DNA of 64,000 bases, from NCBI GenBank assembly GCA_947500055.1, contig CANMQO010000002.1, positions 564,181 to 628,180 of the forward strand, given 5' to 3'. The notes below the pieces were generated by a model. That model ran no database searches and was not told the origin of the DNA. It saw only the letters and a program-made list of their open reading frames with translations. The stretch's first letter is position 1. Each line of letters starts with the position of its first letter. The translations under genes were made by a program, and so were the position numbers. Source of the stretch: an uncultured Rhodobacteraceae bacterium. Lineage in GTDB: Bacteria; Pseudomonadota; Alphaproteobacteria; Rhodobacterales; Rhodobacteraceae. Of this stretch, positions 43,001 through 51,650 are shown piece after piece.

Positions 43001-44949
43001 GGGCGCAGATCAAAGCCTGCAATTGCCAGTCCCGCTTTGGTATCACCGCGCCCGGTGATTTCCGCCTCAATCAGTGGCAGTAAGGTCACCGCGCTGGTTC
43101 CATCAGCAGACGCCGCAGCAGCGATCAGCGGGCTATCTGACGAAAGCGCGATCAGAAGCTGGGGTGTTTCGCCGGCGCCTTCCTCTGCTGACAGACCAAA
43201 GCTGAATGTGGCACTGCCATCGCCTTGTTCGGTCAACCGGCCTGTCAGGTTATAGACCCCGCCCTTGTCCGATACCCAGGCGAGCCAAGTCGGTCGCCCG
43301 CGTCGATCGCTCAGGCGTCCAACAGTTGTGCCGCCACTTTGCATCAGTGCCGTATCCAGCGTCAGAACCGGTGGTGCCGCGTCAGGATTACGCAAAGCCT
43401 CGGCCAATGCCAGTGCGGGACATTGTTCGGTTGTGATCCGGTGTTCCGAAAGTGTCGGACGCACATTGAATGTATCGTCATAAGTGTCGAGCAGCTGATC
43501 GAATACGCCCTGGATCGATGAGAACGCTGCGATTGTGCCGCTATTTGGTCCCGCTTGCAGGCGTGTAACGTAGACGCAGGGTTCGTCGGACCATGCCGCC
43601 AGAAAACCCTCTCGTGTACTGCTCCATGGGTCGTCTGAACTGTCTGTCGCGGTTGGTAAGGTGGGTTCCAATACGGCGGGTCTTGGCGTTCCGATCAGCC
43701 CTTGTTGCCATGCAAAGAAGCCACCTATCCCGGCAAAGACGAGCAGCACGAACAGCCAGCGCAGTGCGCCGCCGTTACGCGGTGCGGGAGTTGGGGCAGG
43801 GGTTGGGAGATCCAGCCCGGTCGTCTGGCCGAATGGTGACCCCGACATCGAATCCGCGGGCGGATTAGGCGATGGAGCGCTGCGTCCGGGTGGCTGACGC
43901 AAGCCGGGTACCGCCGCGCTGACTGGCGCTGCGTTCTGTCTCGAAACTTGCCCCGGATCATCAAGCATCGCAATCACAGCCGCCATGCTCGCCGGCCGAT
44001 CCACCGGATCAGGTTCCAACATATGCATCAGAAGGGGGCGCAGCGCAGCATCGATATCAGACAGATCAGGCACCTCGCGGCGCGCATTCACGGCCTCTAC
44101 GATCGAACTGCCCATATCCAGCGGTTTGCCCCGCAAGGCGGCGGCCATCAACAGCCCCAGCCCATAGATATCGGTTCTTGGTCCGATCTCTCCGCCGAAA
44201 TGCCCCAGTTGTTCAGGCGAGATATATTTGAACTTGCCCGCCAACTGGCCGTGCAGGGTGTTTTCCGTCATCTCGGCTGATTTGGCGATGCCGAAGTCGA
44301 TCAGCACAGCATTATCAACCGACCCGTCGCGCAGCATCACATTGTCAGGTGATAGATCGCGGTGGATGACGTCCATCCCATGCGCGCGCTCCAACCCGGT
44401 GGCAACCCGCCGCATCAGCCCTGTCGCCTGTGGCAGGGTCAAGGGTGCAACATCGCGGATATGGTCAGACAGGGCGATGCCTTCGATGAACTCCATGATC
44501 AGGCAGAACCTGTCCAGATCGGCATCGCGCACAAAGTTGTAATACCGCACGATGGCTTGGTCCGACAATTGGCACAACACCTTGGCTTCGCGCATGAAAA
44601 GGGCGGCGACCTTTTCATCATGGGCCAGTGATTGCAGCACGATCTTGATGGCCACCGCATCGCCGGTAAAGACATTCTCGCCCCGGAACACCTCGCCCAT
44701 GCCGCCTGCGTTGATCAGTTCCTTGATCTCGTAATTGTTGTTGATCAACGTGCCAATCGGCACTGGCACAGCGGCGTTATCGGTCGGCAGCGGGGCCGCG
44801 TCTGGCATGGGGGCTGCGGGTGGGACCGGCGGCGTGGTGATGCGCGTCGGCTCTTCGGGCTGCGGTGCGATTTCTGTGCGGTCGTCGACCGGCGGAGCAA
44901 TCTGGGTCTTGTCGTCATCGCCGGGTGGATTGGTGGGGTCGTTTGTCAT
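42997..44949 (-). CDS. ppkA: T6SS-associated Hanks-type Ser/Thr protein kinase PpkA
   Basis: 650 aa. G-loop GGMGEVF, VAIKIV, HRDLSPDNVM, DFGIAK, SPEQ. Single TM WLFVLLVFAGIGGFFAW and a ~230-aa periplasmic C-terminal domain. Last gene of the tssK-tssL-tssM-tagF-pppA-ppkA operon. Confidence 0.9.
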   Translation of the reverse strand: MTNDPTNPPGDDDKTQIAPPVDDRTEIAPQPEEPTRITTPPVPPAAPMPDAAPLPTDNAAVPVPIGTLINNNYEIKELINAGGMGEVFRGENVFTGDAVAIKIVLQSLAHDEKVAALFMREAKVLCQLSDQAIVRYYNFVRDADLDRFCLIMEFIEGIALSDHIRDVAPLTLPQATGLMRRVATGLERAHGMDVIHRDLSPDNVMLRDGSVDNAVLIDFGIAKSAEMTENTLHGQLAGKFKYISPEQLGHFGGEIGPRTDIYGLGLLMAAALRGKPLDMGSSIVEAVNARREVPDLSDIDAALRPLLMHMLEPDPVDRPASMAAVIAMLDDPGQVSRQNAAPVSAAVPGLRQPPGRSAPSPNPPADSMSGSPFGQTTGLDLPTPAPTPAPRNGGALRWLFVLLVFAGIGGFFAWQQGLIGTPRPAVLEPTLPTATDSSDDPWSSTREGFLAAWSDEPCVYVTRLQAGPNSGTIAAFSSIQGVFDQLLDTYDDTFNVRPTLSEHRITTEQCPALALAEALRNPDAAPPVLTLDTALMQSGGTTVGRLSDRRGRPTWLAWVSDKGGVYNLTGRLTEQGDGSATFSFGLSAEEGAGETPQLLIALSSDSPLIAAAASADGTSAVTLLPLIEAEITGRGDTKAGLAIAGFDLRP

Positions 44950-44958
44950 ATCGCGGCC

Positions 44959-45732
44959 CTACTCGAAATCGACCGCGGGCGCGACAAATGATGTTGCCGA
45001 ACAGCGGACGACGACCGTTGTTACATTGTCTTTCGCCCCCCGAGCCAGTGTTTGCCGGATCAATCCATCGCAGATCGCCTGCGGCGGCTGACTTGATTGC
45101 AATGCCTGCTGAATGTCAGCATCGCTGCAATGCTCGGTCAGCCCGTCTGAGCAGAGCAGGAACATGTCGCCTTCGACCAATGCCCCGTCAATGACGTCGC
45201 ACCGGGGTGCTTCGGTCACACCGATGGCGCGGGTGATGACGTTTTTGCGTGGCCAGTTTTCCGCCTCTGTGGCTGAAATCAAACCCGCTTCGAACAGTTC
45301 ACGTACCTCGGTGTGATCCTTGGTCAGCTGGGTCAGCGCCCCGTCACGCAGCAGGTAAATGCGGCTGTCGCCTGACCAGATGCAGATATAGCGATCCTCG
45401 AATGTCAGCAGCGCCACCAGAGTGGCACCTACGGTGCCGCCACCAAGGGTGACGGCATGTTGCCTGATCCGGTCATGCGCGCGGCCCAGCCGTTCCATGA
45501 ACCGCGCCTGCAAATCCTCGGGTGAGCTGCCATAGCCGACAGATGCAAGCTCTGCCACGATAGTCTGGCTGGCGAAATCGCCCGCGTCATGCCCGCCCAT
45601 CCCATCAGCAACAACCCAGACCCCGAATCCCGGCTTGGTCAGGTAGCTATCTTCGTTATGGGCGCGGACCATGCCCGTGTCAGTGGCGGCCCCCGTTTCA
45701 ATGTCGAAATACTCGGTCTGCACCTGGGTCAT
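44959..45732 (-). CDS. pppA: PP2C-family Ser/Thr phosphatase PppA
   Basis: ORF 44959..45909. ATG at 45732 (MTQVQTEYFDIETGAATDTGMVRAHNEDS) abuts the tagF stop. VVADGMGGHDAG, LLCSDGL, AKDNVTTVVV. Confidence 0.9.
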   Translation of the reverse strand: MTQVQTEYFDIETGAATDTGMVRAHNEDSYLTKPGFGVWVVADGMGGHDAGDFASQTIVAELASVGYGSSPEDLQARFMERLGRAHDRIRQHAVTLGGGTVGATLVALLTFEDRYICIWSGDSRIYLLRDGALTQLTKDHTEVRELFEAGLISATEAENWPRKNVITRAIGVTEAPRCDVIDGALVEGDMFLLCSDGLTEHCSDADIQQALQSSQPPQAICDGLIRQTLARGAKDNVTTVVVRCSATSFVAPAVDFE

Positions 45733-46445
45733 TGCATCGCAGCCTCGTTTTCCGGGGCGGTGAAGGCCGCACCCATCATCCACGCGAAAGCTGCAGCACC
45801 GGGCAAGCCGTTGGTGACATAAAGCGCGGACCCAACCGGATCGGTGCGCCAGAGATAAGTGCGCGTGGCCTGCGCTCTGGCCACATCGGCAGCAGCCACA
45901 TCGGACCAAAGCCGGATCACATTGTCATCAGGCCGGGATGCCCAGAAATCCGTGGCCGGTAGCGGATCCGCCGCCGAAAGCCCCGGCAGTATCGCATCGG
46001 CAAAACGTGCGGCCATGGCGCGCGCATCGTCGTCGCCCCGCGCATAACCGTTCAGAAATCCGTCAATCGCGTCATAGAATCGCTGATCAGGGTCTGTTGG
46101 TGGTGGTGCGATTGCGGCCCCTTCTATACCTGCCAGCAGGGGAAAGCGGCGACCCACCTTGTCGCGCGCGGCTGCCATCATCCCGGAAAACCCGCGCCCG
46201 TCCGGCGTCAGAGCCGGACCAATCCAGATCCGCATCACGGGGGCATTGTCATAATGCGCCTCCCACGCATCGGCGACACCGTCGCGCAGTGCAGGCAACA
46301 TCTGGTTTAGCCAGCGTTCAATGCAATCAGACAGCGATTGCGACAGGCCCGCAGTGATGAAATCGCCAAAGGCGGGATGCTTACCGTAAAATCCGGCCGC
46401 AATCTGGCTATGTTGCATCGATTGGTTCACGGGGTCAGTCCACAC
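45729..46445 (-). CDS. tagF: T6SS-associated protein TagF (ImpM/DUF2094)
   Basis: 238 aa. GFYGKHPAFGDFI is the TagF N-terminal signature. GTG at 46445 overlaps the tssM stop; an alternative ATG is at 46418. Confidence 0.8.
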   Translation of the reverse strand: MWTDPVNQSMQHSQIAAGFYGKHPAFGDFITAGLSQSLSDCIERWLNQMLPALRDGVADAWEAHYDNAPVMRIWIGPALTPDGRGFSGMMAAARDKVGRRFPLLAGIEGAAIAPPPTDPDQRFYDAIDGFLNGYARGDDDARAMAARFADAILPGLSAADPLPATDFWASRPDDNVIRLWSDVAAADVARAQATRTYLWRTDPVGSALYVTNGLPGAAAFAWMMGAAFTAPENEAAMQ

Positions 46446-49400
46446 TTTGTGGGCAGCTGAAATTCGTCAGTTCGGGCATCGTAAACGGGTTGAAATTGGA
46501 CGCGAATGTCATGTCAAACCGCACCGCACGCCCGGCGAAAATATGTGTCAGTCGTACCCCATTGCCGAGATCGCGGGGCGTCTGCCCGGACCGAATGAAA
46601 TCGACGATGGCCCATTGCCCGCCGCTCCATTGCCGGGGTCGGACAGAGGTTTCGAACCGCGAATCCGTGTTCATTTCGACCACATTGCCCGTGCCTGGCC
46701 AAGTGATGGATTGCGAGGTTCCATCCTTGATCAATTCGATCTTTTCATCGTTCACGCTGATCGTCACATTGACCAGGTCGCCGGGCAGATCATCAGGCGA
46801 GAAAGTGATCGCGACCTCTGGCTGACGTTCACCGCTGGGGAAGAACGCGCGCTGGATTTTGTCAGCCCGTTCAAACTGCAACAGCATATTGGTGGATAGA
46901 CGCCCGGCCAGTGGGCTGCCCGAACGCACCCGGAAACCGTCATTCGTCTTGTCCACATGGCGGCTCAGATAGGTGTCATAATAGGTCTGCATCGTTCCGG
47001 CCGGCCCAAAAAACCGGCTGAAATCCTGCACTGAGACATGCCGCGCACTACCCAGATCAAACGGGTAGTAGCCATCGATGCTTTGCCGGCATTCAAAAGC
47101 GACTGTGTTGCCCATTTCGCGATTCATCTCGCCAATATCGGCGTCGGTCGCTTCGGCCTCAAAATCGCTTTTGACATCGTTTAGGAACCGGCCAATTGGT
47201 CCCGGCAGGTTTGAGTTATAGCGGGTCAGATCATTCAGCAGACCCGGCAGCAACTGCCCTTCGACGCCGCCGGGTGCTTGTACGGCCAAGCGGCGGTTTT
47301 GTTGGATCTTTTCCATCGTTGTAAGGATCACGTCAATTGGGCGACCGGCGGCCCCTTGTTCCACCGCGCGATGCCACAGCTCAAACCGGTCCTCGATCCG
47401 CTCCGCCTCGCGCCTCGGCCCGCCTTCGCCGCCGCCAACACGTTGCTGGTTCTTGGCGCTGTTGCTGGCCGCCTCAAGCAAGATCCGCTGCAGCCCGCCA
47501 GAGGTTTGTTTGAAACGCTGGAACATCTGCCCGCCCACGTCTGCACCAATATCGCCGGACGCCATCGCGGTCGGATCGAGGCTTTCCAATTCGTCAAGAA
47601 AGCTGGTCATCTTGGTTTCACGCACCACCGCATTTGCCAACCGCACGATGGGGGAGGCAAATTGCGACGAAGCCGTACCAAGGGCGGTGTAATTGGGGGC
47701 ATCACCGGCCATGTTATTGACCTGCACCCTATCCAGCATAGCCATCCACTCGGTTTCGAAATCGCGCGCATATTGCAGTTGTAATGCCTGTTCGAGCCCT
47801 GCCAACTGATTGTCGTAGTTAACCGCATTGGCCTGATCACCCAGCACCCATTTGTCGTTTTCCAGCACTTCCCCGACCTCAAGCACCTGATCGAGAAAGA
47901 AGAACCAATACCCGTCAAACGTATAAAGCGCTGGCACGCTGAGTTCCGTAAAGTCGCTGCCGTCATTGGTGGCGAACACGATGGGGCCTTCGGGGTGCAA
48001 CTCGTCCGCCAGATTGAAATCGGGCAGGGCCGATTGCCGGGCCTTGTCGCGAATGATCGCGTAAGCCTGATCAACCAACGACATCTGCACGATGGCGCTG
48101 CGCGACAGGGTGATTGCCGCGTCATCGACAGGAATGTTGATATTCTTGGTGTCGTCCAGTTCCAGCATATTGGCCAGATGCTGTTTCAGTGCGTCGCCGG
48201 TTGCCTGATTGCCAAGCCCTGCATAGGCGTCGTCCCAAATGGTGCCGAACCACGCTTTGATCGCATCATCATCCGGGCGCGGCCCAAGACCGGCCAGCAG
48301 CATATAGACCTTCAATGCGCGGTAAATCTCGGCCGGGTCGCCTTGTTCACGTAAGGTGGGCAACCGCTGTTCGAGATCAAGGATCAGCCGTGGCCGCAAC
48401 ATCTGCTCCAACGCATCCCCGTAAGACGCCTGACCGGCTGTGTTGATCCGTGCCAATTGGCGCAGCCCGAAACCGTTCCAGGTTGTTTCCTCGACGATCG
48501 TCCCGTCATTCAGCGTGACCTCTTGCATCTGGTCCAGATAGGGCAGGACGGACACAACATCAGAGTTATCAACTTCTGTCCGGTTCAGTTCCGTCTGGGC
48601 GGCGTTGGCATATTCAAAGGCCTGCTGTTCAACCGTATCGACGTAATTCTTGTTCTGCCAAAAGCTGAAGCCAAGCCCGGCCAGCAGCGCGGCGGTGCCC
48701 AGCCCGATGGTGGACAAGCCCAATATGCGCAGAATACGGGCGCGGCGGACCGCGCGGGCGTCATGGCCCACCCAGTCACGTTCTTCGAAGATCACGCGTC
48801 GCAACACATCATGCAGAAAAAAGCTTTTGCCCTGACCTGACATGAACGATGGGGCAAAGGCTCCAGGCGCCTGATCGTTACGCGACATGGCCCCAAGGAC
48901 CTGATCAATCGGCGTGCCTTCTTGCGTGCCGGAGGTAAAATAGAACCCCCGCAGGATCGCGTTGGATTTATAGCGGGTGGGTTCAAAGATACGGCGCAGG
49001 AAATCGCTGACATTGTCGCGCAGGAGCGCCATCTGGCCCGGCAGGCCAAAGATCGCGACGCGGCTGATCCCGTCGGGTTCTTCAGTCAGCCGGTCGATCA
49101 ATTCATCCGAAAGGCGCGATACCAGTTGATCAAATTCCGCAGGAACCTGTTCGTGGGTCTGAGTCTTCCGATCCTTCGTCTGGAATGTCACACCCCATAC
49201 GGATTTGCGCCGGTTCAGGCTGAAACTGCTGAAATATTCGCGAAAGCCTGAGATCAGATCACATTTCGTGAACAGCACATAGACCGGAAAATCGATGCGC
49301 AGTTTTTCATGCACCTCGCCCAGACGGGCGCGCACAATCTCGGAATGCTGGGCCAGCTGTTCGGGTGTGGCGTTCATCATATCCTCGACCGAGAAGGCCA

Positions 49401-50043
49401 GGATCACGCCGTTAATCGGCTGTTTGGGTCGCGACTTTTTCAGCAGGTCAAGGAAGGACTGCCAACTGCTTTCATCCGCTGTCTTGTCACTGTCCTGCGT
49501 GGTGTAGCGGCCAGCCGTGTCTATCAGGATCGCATCTTCGGCAAACCACCAGTCGCAATAGCGTGTGCCGCCAAAGCCCGACACAACGCCGGCGTCATCA
49601 GCATTGGACAGTGGGAATTCGATGCCGGAATTGCGCAGGGCGGTGGTTTTCCCCGCCCCCGGTGGGCCAATGATCACATACCATGGCAGATCGTAAAGAT
49701 AGGATGCGCCACCCGATTTTTTCAATGTGGCAAGCGCATCGTTCATCCGCTCGGCCAGAACTGTGCCGTCGCCGGTAGGTTTGGTTGGGGTAAGCGCCTC
49801 TTCGATATCACGCGCGGCGGCTCGGCGTTTGCGCCAACCAAGAAACTGGAAAAGCAGGATCAGCCCGACGATCAAACCGATCAGGGTGGCCCGCAGCCAG
49901 ATCGTGGACATGATCGCGATGCCCGTCATCGGGAAGCCGATCCAGATCGCAACAATGACGCAGAGAATGCCAAGGATAATCGCCGGGATGCGCATCCATG
50001 GACGCCAGCGCAGGAAACGGAACATGATGCGGAAAATGTTCAA
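46435..50043 (-). CDS. tssM: T6SS membrane complex protein TssM (IcmF)
   Basis: 1202 aa. N-terminal TM segments, Walker A GPPGAGKTT, and IcmF-related central and C-terminal domains. 4-nt overlap with tssL. Confidence 0.95.
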   Translation of the reverse strand: MNIFRIMFRFLRWRPWMRIPAIILGILCVIVAIWIGFPMTGIAIMSTIWLRATLIGLIVGLILLFQFLGWRKRRAAARDIEEALTPTKPTGDGTVLAERMNDALATLKKSGGASYLYDLPWYVIIGPPGAGKTTALRNSGIEFPLSNADDAGVVSGFGGTRYCDWWFAEDAILIDTAGRYTTQDSDKTADESSWQSFLDLLKKSRPKQPINGVILAFSVEDMMNATPEQLAQHSEIVRARLGEVHEKLRIDFPVYVLFTKCDLISGFREYFSSFSLNRRKSVWGVTFQTKDRKTQTHEQVPAEFDQLVSRLSDELIDRLTEEPDGISRVAIFGLPGQMALLRDNVSDFLRRIFEPTRYKSNAILRGFYFTSGTQEGTPIDQVLGAMSRNDQAPGAFAPSFMSGQGKSFFLHDVLRRVIFEERDWVGHDARAVRRARILRILGLSTIGLGTAALLAGLGFSFWQNKNYVDTVEQQAFEYANAAQTELNRTEVDNSDVVSVLPYLDQMQEVTLNDGTIVEETTWNGFGLRQLARINTAGQASYGDALEQMLRPRLILDLEQRLPTLREQGDPAEIYRALKVYMLLAGLGPRPDDDAIKAWFGTIWDDAYAGLGNQATGDALKQHLANMLELDDTKNINIPVDDAAITLSRSAIVQMSLVDQAYAIIRDKARQSALPDFNLADELHPEGPIVFATNDGSDFTELSVPALYTFDGYWFFFLDQVLEVGEVLENDKWVLGDQANAVNYDNQLAGLEQALQLQYARDFETEWMAMLDRVQVNNMAGDAPNYTALGTASSQFASPIVRLANAVVRETKMTSFLDELESLDPTAMASGDIGADVGGQMFQRFKQTSGGLQRILLEAASNSAKNQQRVGGGEGGPRREAERIEDRFELWHRAVEQGAAGRPIDVILTTMEKIQQNRRLAVQAPGGVEGQLLPGLLNDLTRYNSNLPGPIGRFLNDVKSDFEAEATDADIGEMNREMGNTVAFECRQSIDGYYPFDLGSARHVSVQDFSRFFGPAGTMQTYYDTYLSRHVDKTNDGFRVRSGSPLAGRLSTNMLLQFERADKIQRAFFPSGERQPEVAITFSPDDLPGDLVNVTISVNDEKIELIKDGTSQSITWPGTGNVVEMNTDSRFETSVRPRQWSGGQWAIVDFIRSGQTPRDLGNGVRLTHIFAGRAVRFDMTFASNFNPFTMPELTNFSCPQSVD

Positions 50044-51650
50044 AAGGTCCCCTCCCGGGCCAGCATGATTTCAACCCGACGGTTTTGTGCCTTGCCTTCG
50101 GTGGTTTCATTGCTTGCGATGGGCTGTGTTTCGCCCTTACCATCGACGGTGACACGATCGGCCGATGCCCCGCATCCAGGGCCTTCTGCCGGAACGGGCA
50201 CGTCAATCGCTTGCCCGTTTGCATCGACCATGGTGACGGCGACGGTGTTGCATGCGGGTGCGGCTAGCCCGTCGCGCAGGATTGTGGCCACGGATTCAGC
50301 GCGGGCGATGGATAGCTCGGTATTCGTCTTGTACCGCCCCCGCCCCGAAAGCGGGTCACTATCCGTATGGCCAACAACGCGGATTGGCCCCGGCTCGCTG
50401 TTCAGGATGCGCGTAATCTCGGGCGCGACTTCCTGAAAAGCGGGGGAAAGTTCGGTGCTGCCACGGTTGAACAGCAGGGCGTTGCCGACACGGATAAAGA
50501 TGAAATCGCCCTGAATTCCGACCTCAACCGATCCGTTGGCGATCAGGTCTGCCAACCCGTCCCTGATCCGGTCCAACTGGGTCTGATCCGGTTCAGGTCG
50601 CGGGAATGGCTCAATCTCGAAATTGCGGATCAGGGTGATCTGGCTGACATTCTGGTGCAGACCGGTCAGGTCGGCGGCGACGGCATTGCCGTCCCGGTTC
50701 AGCAAAGTCGACAAGGTCGCAAAGGTGCCGACGATCAATGCACCGGCCACAGCGGCGTAGATCCACAGGGGTAGACCGCCAAACTTGCGCCGCCCACCCA
50801 GCGGCACGCCCGCCCAATTGACTGAGATATCTTCGTCAGGACGAGGTTTGACCCGGCGCAGTGTTTCATAAATCGCCGACCGGATGCGGGACAGTTCAAC
50901 TGCGCCGTTGGGGGCTGTTCGATACTGCCCCTCGAACCCTAATGACAGGCAGGTCAACATCAGTTCCAGCAGATTGAAGCGTTGGGCGGGGGCCTGCATC
51001 GCCTTTTCCGCCTCCTGAAAGAAACCGACCCCGGAATCGCGGCGTTGGAAGAACCGGGCGACCATCGAATATTGAATCCAGACGCCCCGGTCCGCACCCG
51101 GCAGGTTCTGGACGATATCATCGGCTGTGCCCGACAGCGCGTATTTCGCAACCTGCGCCTCATGCGGATCTGCACCGGCGGCGACGGCGTTCGCCTCGAA
51201 GGCGGTCAGTTCGCGAGTCACATGTTCCATCAGGGGCTGCGCCTGCATTTCGACCATGCCTGTACGCAAGCGGCCAAACAGGATCAGCAGATTAGCGGCC
51301 GCGGCCAGCAACGGATTGCTTGGCCCACCTTTGCCCAGACCCTTGGCGCGCAACGCTTCCTGCAAGGAAATGCGGGGCGTCTGCAGTGGTGCGGCCTGCG
51401 GTTGGTCGCTGGGGATCTCAGGAAAGAAGCTGTCACTTGGTGCGTGGGGCCGCCCCATGTCGCCGCCCGGTTGCGGGGCCGCACCGCCCAGCCATGTATT
51501 GCCGCTCGGTGGGGCCGGACGTGGCGGGGCAGGCGCTGGCGGCGGCACCGCGCCACCGATCACCGTCCGGTCGCCACTATCCGGTACCGTGGGTTTGGCA
51601 CCCGGCAGGGGGCCACCAAACACCGTCTTGTCGTCGTCATCATCCGACAT
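50040..51650 (-). CDS. tssL: T6SS membrane complex protein TssL (DotU) fused to C-terminal OmpA/MotB peptidoglycan-binding domain
   Basis: ORF 50040..51674. ATG at 51650 forms a TGATG overlap with the tssK stop. Disordered Pro-rich N-terminus, DotU core (NPLLAAAANLL...LELMLTCLSLGFEGQYR), one TM, and an OmpA-like end (VVGHTDSDP...NRRVEI). Confidence 0.9.
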   Translation of the reverse strand: MSDDDDDKTVFGGPLPGAKPTVPDSGDRTVIGGAVPPPAPAPPRPAPPSGNTWLGGAAPQPGGDMGRPHAPSDSFFPEIPSDQPQAAPLQTPRISLQEALRAKGLGKGGPSNPLLAAAANLLILFGRLRTGMVEMQAQPLMEHVTRELTAFEANAVAAGADPHEAQVAKYALSGTADDIVQNLPGADRGVWIQYSMVARFFQRRDSGVGFFQEAEKAMQAPAQRFNLLELMLTCLSLGFEGQYRTAPNGAVELSRIRSAIYETLRRVKPRPDEDISVNWAGVPLGGRRKFGGLPLWIYAAVAGALIVGTFATLSTLLNRDGNAVAADLTGLHQNVSQITLIRNFEIEPFPRPEPDQTQLDRIRDGLADLIANGSVEVGIQGDFIFIRVGNALLFNRGSTELSPAFQEVAPEITRILNSEPGPIRVVGHTDSDPLSGRGRYKTNTELSIARAESVATILRDGLAAPACNTVAVTMVDANGQAIDVPVPAEGPGCGASADRVTVDGKGETQPIASNETTEGKAQNRRVEIMLAREGTF

